From Auanema rhodensis (Eukaryota; Animalia; Nematoda), in NCBI GenBank assembly GCA_964057225.1, contig OZ059900.1, positions 15,810,001 through 15,874,000 of the forward strand: a stretch of DNA of 64,000 nucleotides. The letters run 5' to 3'. The notes under the pieces are model-generated. The model made no database searches and had not been told where the DNA came from. It saw only the letters and a list, made by a program, of their open reading frames with translations. Numbering within the stretch: position 1 is the first letter of the stretch; each line of letters opens with the position of its first letter. A program made the position numbers and the translations under genes. Shown here piece by piece: positions 38,721 through 53,500 of this stretch.

Positions 38721-41700
38721 AAATACAAAAACACAGTTTTTCCCATGAGAAATATTTTATTATGCTGGAAAACCAGTTTTTGGAAATTTCGCTGTAAACA
38801 AGGTTTTGAATTACGATTTCATGTGTTCAAACTCATGCAATGTCAATGAAACCTAGCTCAAAACTGTTCGTACAACGTCTAGTTCCACTTTCACGACAAA
38901 AAAACAGGGGTTAGAAAATTTAGGAAATTAGCATATTCTGAGGGCACGCCCCTTATGGCTAATATTGATTAAATCGATTTTTGTTCATATGAGTCGTCAA
39001 ATGCAACGAATTTCAGCGTGTTACATACTAAAATGAAGTATTTTACATGCTGAACACTAGAAAAATACAAAAACACAGTATTTCCCATAAGAAATATTTT
39101 ATTATGCTGGAAAACCAGTTTTTGGAAATTTCGCTGTAAACAAGGTTTTGACTTACGATTTCATGTGTTCAAACTCATGCAATGTCAATGAAACCTAGCT
39201 CAAAATTGTTCGTACAACGTCTAGTTACACTTTCACGACAAAAAAACAGGGGTTAGAAAATTAAGGAAATTAGCATATTCTGAGGGCACGCCCCTTATGG
39301 CTAATATTGATTAAATCGATTTTTGTGCATATGAGTCGTCAAATGCAACGAATTTCAGCGTGTTACATACTAAAATGAAGTATTTTACATGCTAAACACT
39401 AGAAAAATACAAAAACACAGTATTTCCCATGAGAAATATTTTATTATGCTGGAAAACCAGTTTTTGGAAATTTCGCTGTAAACAAGGTTTTGACTTACGA
39501 TTTCATGTGTTCAAACTCATGCAATGTCAATGAAACCTAGCTCAAAATTGTTTGTACAACGTCTAGTTCCACTTTCACGACAAAAAAACAGGGGTTAGAA
39601 AATTTAGGAAATTAGCATATTCTGAGGGCACGCCCCTTATGGCTAATATTGATTAAATCGATTTTTGTTCATATGAGTCGTCAAATGCAACGAATTTCAG
39701 CGTGTTACATACTAAAATGAAGCATTTTACATGCTGAACACTATAAAAATACAAAAACACAGTATTTCCCATGAGAAATATTTTATTATGCTGGAAAACC
39801 AGTTTTTGGAAATTTCGCTGTAAACAAGGTTTTGACTTACGATTTCATGTGTTCAAACTCATGCAATGTCAATGAAACCTAGCTCAAAATTGTTCCTACA
39901 ACGTCTAGTTCCACTTTCACGACAAAAAACAGGGGTTAGAAAATTAAGGAAATTAGCATATTCTGAGGGCACGCCCCTTATGGCTAATATTGATTAAATC
40001 GATTTTTGTTCATATGAGTCGTCAAATGCAACGAATTTCAGCGTGTTACATACTAAAATGAAGCATTTTACATGCTGAACACTAGAAAAATACAAAAACA
40101 CAGTATTTCCCATGAGAAATATTTTATTATGCTGGAAAACCAGTTTTTGGAAATTTCGCTGTAAACAAGGTTTTGACTTACGATTTCATGTGTTCAAACT
40201 CATGCAATGTCAATGAAACCTAGCTCAAAATTGTTCCTACAACGTCTAGTTCCACTTTCACGACAACAAAACAGGGGTTAGAAAATTAAGGAAATTAGCA
40301 TATTCTGAGGGCACGCCCCTTATGGCTAATATTGATTAAATCGATTTTTGTTCATATGAGTCGTCAAATGCAACGAATTTCAGCCTGTTACATACTAAAA
40401 TGAAGCATTTCACATGCTGAACACTAGAAAAATACAAAAACACAGTATTTCCCATGAGAAATATTTTATTATGCTGGAAAACCAGTTTTTGGAAAGTTCG
40501 CTGTAAACAAGGTTTTGACTTACGATTTCATGTGTTCAAACTCATGCAATGTCAATGAAACCTAGCTCAAAATTGTTCGTACAACGTCTAGTTCCACTTT
40601 CACGACAAAAAAACAGGGGTTAGAAAATTAAGGAAATTAGCATATTCTGAGGGCACGCCCCTTATGGCTAATATTGATTAAATCGATTTTTGTTCATATG
40701 AGTCGTCAAATGCAATTAATTTCAGCGTGTTACATACTAAAATGAAGCATTTTACATGCTGAACACTAAAAAAATACAAAAACACAGTATTTCCCATGAG
40801 AAATATTTTATTATGCTGGAAAACGAGTTTTTGGAAATTTCGCTGTAAACAAGGTTTTGACTTACGATTTCATGTGTTCAAACTCATGCAATGTCAATGA
40901 AACCTAGCTCAAAATTGTTCCTACAACGTCTAGTTCCACTTTCACGACAAAAAAACAGGGGTTAGAAAATTAAGGAAATTAGCATATTCTGAGGGCACGC
41001 CCCTTATGGCTAATATTGATTAAATCGATTTTTGTTCATATGAGTCGTCAAATGCAACGAATTTCAGCGTGTTACATACTTAAATGAAGCATTTTACATG
41101 CTGAACACTAGAAAAATACAAAAACACAGTATTTCCCATGAGAAATATTTTATTATACTGGAAACCAGTTTTTGGAATTTTCGCTGTAAACAAGGTTTTG
41201 ACTTACGATTTCATGTGTTCAAACTCATGCAATGTCAATGAAACCTAGCTCAAAACTGTTCGTACAACGTCTAGTTCCACTTTCACAACAAAAAAACAGG
41301 GGTTAGAAAATTTAGGAAATTAGCATATTCTGAGGGCACGCCCCTTATGGCTAATATTGATTAAATCAATTTTTGTTCATATGAGTCGTCAAATGCAACG
41401 AATTTCAGCGTGTTACATACTAAAATGAAGTATTTTACATGCTGAACACTAGAAAAATACAAAAACACAGTATTTCCCATAAGAAATTGTTTATTATGCT
41501 GGAAAACCAGTTTTTGGAAATTTCGCTGTAAACAAGGTTTTGACTTACGATTTCATGTGTTCAAACTCATGCAATGTCAATGAAACCTAGCTCAAAATTG
41601 TTCGTACAACGTCTAGTTCCACTTTCACGACAAAAAAACAGGGGTTAGAAAATTAAGGAAATTAGCATATTCTGAGGGCACGCCCCTTATGGCTAATATT

Positions 41701-44438
41701 GATTAAATCGATTTTTGTTCATATGAGTCGTCAAATGCAACGAATTTCAGCGTGTTACATACTGAAATGAAGCATTTTACATGCTGAACACTAGAAAAAT
41801 ACAAAAACACAGTTTTTCCCATGAGAAATATTTTATTATGCTGGAAAACCAGTTTTTGGAAATTTCGCTGTAAACAAGGTTTTGACTTACGATTTCATGT
41901 GTTCAAACTCATGCAATGTCAATGAAACCTAGCTCAAAACTGTTCGTACAACGTCTAGTTCCACTTTCACGACAAAAAAACAGGGGTTAGAAAATTTAGG
42001 AAATTAGCATATTCTGAGGGCACGCCCCTTATGGCTAATATTGATTAAATCGATTTTTGTTCATATGAGTCGTCAAATGCAACGAATTTCAGCGTGTTAC
42101 ATACTAAAATGAAGTATTTTACATGCTGAACACTAGAAAAATACAAAAACACAGTATTTCCCATAAGAAATATTTTATTATGCTGGAAAACCAGTTTTTG
42201 GAAATTTCGCTGTAAACAAGGTTTTGACTTACGATTTCATGTGTTCAAACTCATGCAATGTCAATGAAACCTAGCTCAAAATTGTTCGTACAACGTCTAG
42301 TTACACTTTCACGACAAAAAAACAGGGGTTAGAAAATTAAGGAAATTAGCATATTCTGAGGGCACGCCCCTTATGGCTAATATTGATTAAATCGATTTTT
42401 GTGCATATGAGTCGTCAAATGCAACGAATTTCAGCGTGTTACATACTAAAATGAAGTATTTTACATGCTAAACACTAGAAAAATACAAAAACACAGTATT
42501 TCCCATGAGAAATATTTTATTATGCTGGAAAACCAGTTTTTGGAAATTTCGCTGTAAACAAGGTTTTGACTTACGATTTCATGTGTTCAAACTCATGCAA
42601 TGTCAATGAAACCTAGCTCAAAATTGTTTGTACAACGTCTAGTTCCACTTTCACGACAAAAAAACAGGGGTTAGAAAATTTAGGAAATTAGCATATTCTG
42701 AGGGCACGCCCCTTATGGCTAATATTGATTAAATCGATTTTTGTTCATATGAGTCGTCAAATGCAACGAATTTCAGCGTGTTACATACTAAAATGAAGCA
42801 TTTTACATGCTGAACACTATAAAAATACAAAAACACAGTATTTCCCATGAGAAATATTTTATTATGCTGGAAAACCAGTTTTTGGAAATTTCGCTGTAAA
42901 CAAGGTTTTGACTTACGATTTCATGTGTTCAAACTCATGCAATGTCAATGAAACCTAGCTCAAAATTGTTCCTACAACGTCTAGTTCCACTTTCACGACA
43001 AAAAACAGGGGTTAGAAAATTAAGGAAATTAGCATATTCTGAGGGCACGCCCCTTATGGCTAATATTGATTAAATCGATTTTTGTTCATATGAGTCGTCA
43101 AATGCAACGAATTTCAGCGTGTTACATACTAAAATGAAGCATTTTACATGCTGAACAATAGAAAAATACAAAAACACAGTATTTCCCATGAGAAATATTT
43201 TATTATGCTGGAAAACCAGTTTTTGGAAATTTCGCTGTAAACAAGGTTTTGACTTACGATTTCATGTGTTCAAACTCATGCAATGTCAATGAAACCTAGC
43301 TCAAAATTGTTCCTACAACGTCTAGTTCCACTTTCACGACAACAAAACAGGGGTTAGAAAATTAAGGAAATTAGCATATTCTGAGGGCACGCCCCTTATG
43401 GCTAATATTGATTAAATCGATTTTTGTTCATATGAGTCGTCAAATGCAACGAATTTCAGCCTGTTACATACTAAAATGAAGCATTTCACATGCTGAACAC
43501 TAGAAAAATACAAAAACACAGTATTTCCCATGAGAAATATTTTATTATGCTGGAAAACCAGTTTTTGGAAAGTTCGCTGTAAACAAGGTTTTGACTTACG
43601 ATTTCATGTGTTCAAACTCATGCAATGTCAATGAAACCTAGCTCAAAATTGTTCGTACAACGTCTAGTTCCACTTTCACGACAAAAAAACAGGGGTTAGA
43701 AAATTAAGGAAATTAGCATATTCTGAGGGCACGCCCCTTATGGCTAATATTGATTAAATCGATTTTTGTTCATATGAGTCGTCAAATGCAATTAATTTCA
43801 GCGTGTTACATACTAAAATGAAGCATTTTACATGCTGAACACTAAAAAAATACAAAAACACAGTATTTCCCATGAGAAATATTTTATTATGCTGGAAAAC
43901 GAGTTTTTGGAAATTTCGCTGTAAACAAGGTTTTGACTTACGATTTCATGTGTTCAAACTCATGCAATGTCAATAAAACCTAGCTCAAAATTGTTCCTAC
44001 AACGTCTAGTTCCACTTTCACGACAAAAAAACAGGGGTTAGAAAATTAAGGAAATTAGCATATTCTGAGGGCACGCCCCTTATGGCTAATATTGATTAAA
44101 TCGATTTTTGTTCATATGAGTCGTCAAATGCAACGAATTTCAGCGTGTTACATACTTAAATGAAGCATTTTACATGCTGAACACTAGAAAAATACAAAAA
44201 CACAGTATTTCCCATGAGAAATATTTTATTATACTGGAAACCAGTTTTTGGAATTTTCGCTGTAAACAAGGTTTTGACTTACGATTTCATGTGTTCAAAC
44301 TCATGCAATGTCAATGAAACCTAGCTCAAAACTGTTCGTACAACGTCTAGTTCCACTTTCACGACAAAAAAACAGGGGTTAGAAAATTTAGGAAATTAGC
44401 ATATTCTGAGGGCACGCCCCTTATGGCTAATATTGATT
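38287..44438. repeat. 9-monomer higher-order repeat, two copies (period 3076 bp)
   Basis: TTGTGCAT (39327/42403) and TGCAATTAAT (40711/43787) recur at +3076, as do GCTAAAC, CAGCCTG and AAACGAG. Confidence 0.92.
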
Positions 44439-47400
44439 AAATCGATTTTTGTTCATATGAGTCGTCAAATGCAACGAATTTCAGCGTGTTACATACTAAA
44501 ATGAAGCATTTTACATGCTGAACACTAGAAAAATACAAAAACACAGTTTTTCCCATGAGAAATATTTTATTATGCTGGAAAACCAGTTTTTGGAAATTTC
44601 GCTGTAAACAAGGTTTTGACTTACGATTTCATGTGTTCAAACTCATGCAATGTCAATGAAACCTAGCTCAAAACTGTTCGTACAACGTCTAGTTCCACTT
44701 TCACGACAAAAAAACAGGGGTTAGAAAATTTAGGAAATTAGCATATTCTGAGGGCACGCCCCTTATGGCTAATATTGATTAAATCGATTTTTGTTCATAT
44801 GAGTCGTCAAATGCAACGAATTTCAGCGTGTTACATACTAAAATGAAGTATTTTACATGCTGAACACTAGAAAAATACAAAAACACAGTATTTCCCATAA
44901 GAAATATTTTATTATGCTGGAAAACCAGTTTTTGGAAATTTCGCTGTAAACAAGGTTTTGACTTACGATTTCATGTGTTCAAACTCATGCAATGTCAATG
45001 AAACCTAGCTCAAAATTGTTCGTACAACGTCTAGTTACACTTTCCCGACAAAAAAACAGGGGTTAGAAAATTAAGGAAATTAGCATATTCTGAGGGCACG
45101 CCCCTTATGGCTAATATTGATTAAATCGATGTTTGTTCATATGAGTCGTCAAATGCAACATATTTCAGCGTGTTACATACTAAAATGAAGTATTTTACAT
45201 GCTGAACACTAGAAAAATACAAAAACACAGTATTTCCCATGAGAAAGATTTTATTATGCTGGAAAACCAGTTTTTGGAAATTTCGCTGTAAACAAGGTTT
45301 TGACTTACGATTTCATGTGTTCAAACTCATGCAATGTCAATGAAACCTAGCTCAAAATTGTTTGTACAACGTCTAGTTCCACTTTCACGACAAAAAAACA
45401 GGGGTTAGAAAATTAAGGAAATTAGCATATTCTGAGGGCACGCCCCTTATGGCTAATATTGATTAAATCGATTTTTGTTCATATGAGTAGTCAAATGCAA
45501 CGAATTTCAGCGTGTTACATACTTAAATGAAGCATTTTACATGCTGAACACTAGAAAAATACAAAAACACAGTATTTCCCATGAGAAATATTTTATTATA
45601 CTGGAAACCAGTTTTTGGAATTTTCGCTGTAAACAAGGTTTTGACTTACAATTTCATGTGTTCAAACTCATGCAATGTCAATGAAACCTAGCTCAAAATT
45701 GTTCGTACAACGTCTAGTTCCACTTTCACGACAAAAAAACAGGGGTTAGAAAATTAAGGAAATTAGCATATTCTGAGGGCACGCCCCTTATGGCTAATAT
45801 TGATTAAATCGATTTTTGTTCATATGAGTCGTCAAATGCAACGAATTTCAGCGTGTTACATACTAAAATGAATCATTTTACATGCTGAACACTATAAAAA
45901 TACAAAAACACAGTATTTCCCATGAGAAATATTTTATTATGCTGGAAAACCAGTTTTTGGAAATTTCGCTGTAAACAAGGTTTTGACTTACGATTTCATG
46001 TGTTCAAACTCATGCAATGTCAATGAAACCTAGCTCAAAATTGTTCCTACAACGTCTAGTTCCACTTTCACGACAAAAAACAGGGGTTAGAAAATTAAGG
46101 AAATTAGCATATTCTGAGGGCACGCCCCTTATGGCTAATATTGATTAAATCGATTTTTGTTCATATGAGTCGTCAAATGCAACGAATTTCAGCGTGTTAC
46201 ATACTAAAATGAAGCATTTTACATGCTGAACACTAGAAAAATACAAAAACACAGTATTTCCCATGAGAAATATTTTATTATGCTGGAAAACCAGTTTTTG
46301 GAAATTTCGCTGTAAACAAGGTTTTGACTTACGATTTCATGTGTTCAAACTCATGCAATGTCAATGAAACCTAGCTCAAAATTGTTCCTACAACGTCTAG
46401 TTCCACTTTCACGACAACAAAACAGGGGTTAGAAAATTAAGGAAATTAGCATATTCTGAGGGCACGCCCCTTATGGCTAATATTGATTAAATCGATTTTT
46501 GTTCATATGAGTCGTCAAATGCAACGAATTTCAGCCTGTTACATACTAAAATGAAGCATTTCACATGCTGAACACTAGAAAAATACAAAAACACAGTATT
46601 TCCCATGAGAAATATTTTATTATGCTGGAAAACCAGTTTTTGGAAAGTTCGCTGTAAACAAGGTTTTGACTTACGATTTCATGTGTTCAAACTCATGCAA
46701 TGTCAATGAAACCTAGCTCAAAATTGTTCGTACAACGTCTAGTTCCACTTTCACGACAAAAAAACAGGGGTTAGAAAATTAAGGAAATTAGCATATTCTG
46801 AGGGCACGCCCCTTATGGCTAATATTGATTAAATCGATTTTTGTTCATATGAGTCGTCAAATGCAACGAATTTCAGCGTGTTACATACTTAAATGAAGCA
46901 TTTTACATGCTGAACACTAGAAAAATACAAAAACACAGTATTTCCCATGAGAAATATTTTATTATACTGGAAACCAGTTTTTGGAATTTTCGCTGTAAAC
47001 AAGGTTTTGACTTACAATTTCATGTGTTCAAACTCATGCAATGTCAATGAAACCTAGCTCAAAATTGTTCGTACAACGTCTAGTTCCACTTTCACGACAA
47101 AAAAACAGGGGTTAGAAAATTAAGGAAATTAGCATATTCTGAGGGCACGCCCCTTATGGCTAATATTGATTAAATCGATTTTTGTTCATATGAGTCGTCA
47201 AATGCAACGAATTTCAGCGTGTTACATACTAAAATGAATCATTTTACATGCTGAACACTATAAAAATACAAAAACACAGTATTTCCCATGAGAAATATTT
47301 TATTATGCTGGAAAACCAGTTTTTGGAAATTTCGCTGTAAACAAGGTTTTGACTTACGATTTCATGTGTTCAAACTCATGCAATGTCAATGAAACCTAGC

Positions 47401-49904
47401 TCAAAATTGTTCCTACAACGTCTAGTTCCACTTTCACGACAAAAAACAGGGGTTAGAAAATTAAGGAAATTAGCATATTCTGAGGGCACGCCCCTTATGG
47501 CTAATATTGATTAAATCGATTTTTGTTCATATGAGTCGTCAAATGCAACGAATTTCAGCGTGTTACATACTAAAATGAAGCATTTTACATGCTGAACACT
47601 AGAAAAATACAAAAACACAGTATTTCCCATGAGAAATATTTTATTATGCTGGAAAACCAGTTTTTGGAAATTTCGCTGTAAACAAGGTTTTGACTTACGA
47701 TTTCATGTGTTCAAACTCATGCAATGTCAATGAAACCTAGCTCAAAATTGTTCCTACAACGTCTAGTTCCACTTTCACGACAACAAAACAGGGGTTAGAA
47801 AATTAAGGAAATTAGCATATTCTGAGGGCACGCCCCTTATGGCTAATATTGATTAAATCGATTTTTGTTCATATGAGTCGTCAAATGCAACGAATTTCAG
47901 CCTGTTACATACTAAAATGAAGCATTTCACATGCTGAACACTAGAAAAATACAAAAACACAGTATTTCCCATGAGAAATATTTTATTATGCTGGAAAACC
48001 AGTTTTTGGAAAGTTCGCTGTAAACAAGGTTTTGACTTACGATTTCATGTGTTCAAACTCATGCAATGTCAATGAAACCTAGCTCAAAATTGTTCGTACA
48101 ACGTCTAGTTCCACTTTCACGACAAAAAAACAGGGGTTAGAAAATTAAGGAAATTAGCATATTCTGAGGGCACGCCCCTTATGGCTAATATTGATTAAAT
48201 CGATTTTTGTTCATATGAGTCGTCAAATGCAACGAATTTCAGCGTGTTACATACTTAAATGAAGCATTTTACATGCTGAACACTAGAAAAATACAAAAAC
48301 ACAGTATTTCCCATGAGAAATATTTTATTATACTGGAAACCAGTTTTTGGAATTTTCGCTGTAAACAAGGTTTTGACTTACGATTTCATGTGTTCAAACT
48401 CATGCAATGTCAATGAAACCTAGCTCAAAACTGTTCGTACAACGTCTAGTTCCACTTTCACGACAAAAAAACAGGGGTTAGAAAATTTAGGAAATTAGCA
48501 TATTCTGAGGGCACGCCCCTTATGGCTAATATTGATTAAATCGATTTTTGTTCATATGAGTCGTCAAATGCAACGAATTTCAGCGTGTTACATACTAAAA
48601 TGAAGCATTTTACATGCTGAACACTAGAAAAATACAAAAACACAGTTTTTCCCATGAGAAATATTTTATTATGCTGGAAAACCAGTTTTTGGAAATTTCG
48701 CTGTAAACAAGGTTTTGACTTACGATTTCATGTGTTCAAACTCATGCAATGTCAATGAAACCTAGCTCAAAACTGTTCGTACAACGTCTAGTTCCACTTT
48801 CACGACAAAAAAACAGGGGTTAGAAAATTTAGGAAATTAGCATATTCTGAGGGCACGCCCCTTATGGCTAATATTGATTAAATCGATTTTTGTTCATATG
48901 AGTCGTCAAATGCAACGAATTTCAGCGTGTTACATACTAAAATGAAGTATTTTACATGCTGAACACTAGAAAAATACAAAAACACAGTATTTCCCATAAG
49001 AAATATTTTATTATGCTGGAAAACCAGTTTTTGGAAATTTCGCTGTAAACAAGGTTTTGACTTACGATTTCATGTGTTCAAACTCATGCAATGTCAATGA
49101 AACCGAGCTCAAAATTGTTCGTACAACGTCTAGTTACACTTTCACGACAAAAAAACAGGGGTTAGAAAATTAAGGAAATTAGCATATTCTGAGGGCACGC
49201 CCCTTATGGCTAATATTGATTAAATCGATGTTTGTTCATATGAGTCGTCAAATGCAACATATTTTAGCGTGTTACATACTAAAATGAAGTATTTTACATG
49301 CTGAACACTAGAAAAATACAAAAACACAGTATTTCCCATGAGAAATATTTTATTATGCTGGAAAACCAGTTTTTGGAAATTTCGCTGTAAACAAGGTTTT
49401 GACTTACGATTTCATGTGTTCAAACTCATGCAATGTCAATGAAACCTAGCTCAAAATTGTTTGTACAACGTCTAGTTCCACTTTCACGACAAAAAAACAG
49501 GGGTTAGAAAATTAAGGAAATTAGCATATTCTGAGGGCACGCCCCTTATGGCTAATATTGATTAAATCGATTTTTGTTCATATGAGTAGTCAAATGCAAC
49601 GAATTTCAGCGTGTTACATACTTAAATGAAGCATTTTACATGCTGAACACTAGAAAAATACAAAAACACAGTATTTCCCATGAGAAATATTTTATTATAC
49701 TGGAAACCAGTTTTTGGAATTTTCGCTGTAAACAAGGTTTTGACTTACAATTTCATGTGTTCAAACTCATGCAATGTCAATGAAACCTAGCTCAAAATTG
49801 TTCGTACAACGTCTAGTTCCACTTTCACGACAAAAAAACAGGGGTTAGAAAATTAAGGAAATTAGCATATTCTGAGGGCACGCCCCTTATGGCTAATATT
49901 GATT
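44098..49904. repeat. 12-monomer offset repeat (4099 bp) containing a duplicated 4-mer (1366 bp)
   Basis: ATCGATGTTT occurs at 45131 and 49230 (+4099). GAATCATTTT occurs at 45871 and 47237 (+1366), with TTACAATT, ACAACAAAA and CAGCCTG in step. Confidence 0.85.
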
Positions 49905-50587
49905 AAATCGATTTTTGTTCATATGAGTCGTCAAATGCAACGAATTTCAGCGTGTTACATACTAAAATGAAGCATTTTACATGCTGAACACTAGAAAAAT
50001 ACAAAAACACAGTATTTCCCATGAGAAATATTTTATTATGCTGGAAAACCAGTTTTTGGAAATTTCGCTGTAAACAAGGTTTTGACTTACGATTTCATGT
50101 GTTCAAACTCATGCAATGTCAATGAAACCTAGCTCAAAATTGTTTGTACAACGTCTAGTTCCACTTTCACGACAAAAAAACAGGGGTTAGAAAATTAAGG
50201 AAATTAGCATATTCTGAGGGCACGCCCCTTATGGCTAATATTGATTAAATCGATTTTTGTTCATATGAGTAGTCAAATGCAACGAATTTCAGCGTGTTAC
50301 ATACTTAAATGAAGCATTTTACATGCTGAACACTAGAAAAATACAAAAACACAGTATTTCCCATGAGAAATATTTTATTATACTGGAAACCAGTTTTTGG
50401 AATTTTCGCTGTAAACAAGGTTTTGACTTACGATTTCATGTGTTCAAACTCATGCAATGTCAATGAAACCTAGCTCAAAATTGTTCGTACAACGTATAGT
50501 TCCACTTTCACGACAAAAAAACAGGGGTTAGAAAATTAAGGAAATTAGCATATTCTGAGGGCACGCCTCTTATGGCTAATATTGATT

Positions 50588-53500
50588 AAATCGATTTTTG
50601 TTCATATGAGTCGTCAAATGCAACGAATTTCAGCGTGTTACATACTAAAATGAAGCATTTTACATGCTGAACACTAGAAAAATACAAAAACACAGTTTTT
50701 CCCATGAGAAATATTTTATTATGCTGGAAAACCAGTTTTTGGAAATTTCGCTGTAAACAAGGTTTTGACTTACGATTTCATGTGTTCAAACTCATGCAAT
50801 GTCAATGAAACCTAGCTCAAAATTGTTCGTACAACGTCTAGTTCCACTTTCACGACAAAAAAACAGGGGTTAGAAAATTTAGGAAATTAGCATATTCTGA
50901 GGGCACGCCCCTTATGGCTAATATTGATTAAATCGATTTTTGTTCATATGAGTCGTCAAATGCAACGAATTTCAGCGTGTTACATACTAAAATGAAGTAT
51001 TTTGCATGCTGAACACTAGAAAAATACAAAAACACAGTATTTCCCATGAGAAATATTTTATTATGCTGGAAAACCAGTTTTTGGAAATTTCGCTGTAAAC
51101 AAGGTTTTGACTTACGATTTCATGTGTTCAAACTCATGCAATGTCAATGAAACCTAGCTCAAAATTGTTCCTACAACGTCTAGTTCCACTTTCACGACAA
51201 AAAACAGGGGTTAGAAAATTAAGGAAATTAGCATAATCTGAGGGCACGCCCCTTATGGCTAATATTGATTAAATCGATTTTTGTTCATATGAGTCGTCAA
51301 ATGCAACGAATTTCAGCGTGTCACATACTTAAATGAAGCATTTTACATGCTGAACACTAGAAAAATACAAAAACACAGTATTTCCCATGAGAAATATTTT
51401 ATTATGCTGGAAAACCACTTTTTGGAAATTTCGCTGTAAACAAGGTTTTGACTTACGATTTCATGTGTTCAAACTCATGCAATGTCAATGAAACCTAGCT
51501 CAAAACTGTTCCTACAACGTCTAGTTCCACTTTCACGACAAAAAAACAGGGGTTAGAAAATTAAGGAAATTAGCATATTCTGAGGGCACGACCCTTATGG
51601 CTAATATTGATTAAATCGATTTTTGTTCATATGAGTCGTCAAATGCAACGAATTTCAGCGTGTTACATACTAAAATGAAGCATTTTACATGCTGAACACC
51701 ATAAAAATACAAAAACACAGTATTTCCCATGAGAAATATTTTATTATGCTGGAAAACCAGTTTTTGGAAGTTTCGCTGTAAACAAGGTTTTGACTTACGA
51801 TTTCATGTGTTCAAACTCATGCAATGTCAATGAAACCTAGCTCAAAATTGTTCCTACAACGTCTAATTCCACTTTCACGACAAAAAAACAGGGGTTAGAA
51901 AATTAAGGAAATTAGCATATTCTGAGGGCACGCCCCTTATGGCTAATATTGATTAAATCGATTTTTGTTCATATGAGTCGTCAAATGCAACGAATTTCAG
52001 CGTGTTACATACTAAAATGAAGCATTTTACATGCTGAACACTATAAAAATACAAAAACACAGTATTTCCCATGAGAAATATTTTATTATGCTGGAAAACC
52101 AGTTTTTGGAAATTTCGCTGTAAACAAGGTTTTGACTTACGATTTCATGTGTTCAAACTCATGCAATGTCAATGAAACCTAGCTCAAAATTGTTCCTACA
52201 ACGTCTAGTTCCACTTTCACGACAAAAAACAGGGGTTAGAAAATTAAGGAAATTAGCATATTCTGAGGGCACGCCCCTTATGGCTAATATTGATTAAATC
52301 GATTTTTGTTCATATGAGTCGTCAAATGCAACGAATTTCAGCGTGTTACATACTAAAATGAAGCATTTTACATGCTGAACACTAGAAAAATACAAAAACA
52401 CAGTATTTCCCATGAGAAATATTTTATTATGCTGGAAAACCAGTTTTTGGAAATTTCGCTGTAAACAAGGTTTTGACTTACGATTTCATGTGTTCAAACT
52501 CATGCAATGTCAATGAAACCTAGCTCAAAATTGTTCCTACAACGTCTAGTTCCACTTTCACGACAACAAAACAGGGGTTAGAAAATTAAGGAAATTAGCA
52601 TATTCTGAGGGCACGCCCCTTATGGCTAATATTGATTAAATCGATTTTTGTTCATATGAGTCGTCAAATGCAACGAATTTCAGCGTGTTACATACTAAAA
52701 TGAAGCATTTCACATGCTGAACACTAGAAAAATACAAAAACACAGTATTTCCCATAAGAAATATTTTATTATGCTGGAAAACCAGTTTTTGGAAAGTTCG
52801 CTGTAAACAAGGTTTTGACTTACGATTTCATGTGTTCAAACTCATGCAATGTCAATGAAACCTAGCTCAAAATTGTTCCTACAACGTCTAGTTCCACTTT
52901 CACGACAACAAAACAGGGGTTAGAAAATTAAGGAAATTAGCATATTCTGAGGGCACGCCCTTTATGGCTAATATTGATTAAATCGATTTTTGTTCATATG
53001 AGTCGTCAAATGCAACGAATTTCAGCGTGTTACATACTAAAATGAAACATTTTACATGCTGAACACTATAAAAATACAAAAACACAGTATTTCCCATGAG
53101 AAATATTTTATTATGCTGGAAAACCAGTTTTTGGAAATTTCGCTGTAAACAAGGTTTTGACTTACGATTTCATGTGTTCAAACTCATGCAATGTCAATGA
53201 AACCTAGCTCAAAATTGTTCCTACAACGTCTAGTTCCACTTTCACGACAAAAAAACAGGGGTTAGAAAATTAAGGAAATTAGCATATTCTGAGGGCACGC
53301 CCCTTATGGCTAATATTGATTAAATCGATTTTTGTTCATATGAGTCGTCAAATGAAACGAATTTCAGCGTGTTACATACTAAAATGAAGCATTTTACATG
53401 CTGAACACTAGAAAAATACAAAAACACAGTATTTCCCATGAGAAATATTTTATTATGCTGGAAAACCAGTTTTTGGAAATTTCGCTGTAAACAAGGTTTT

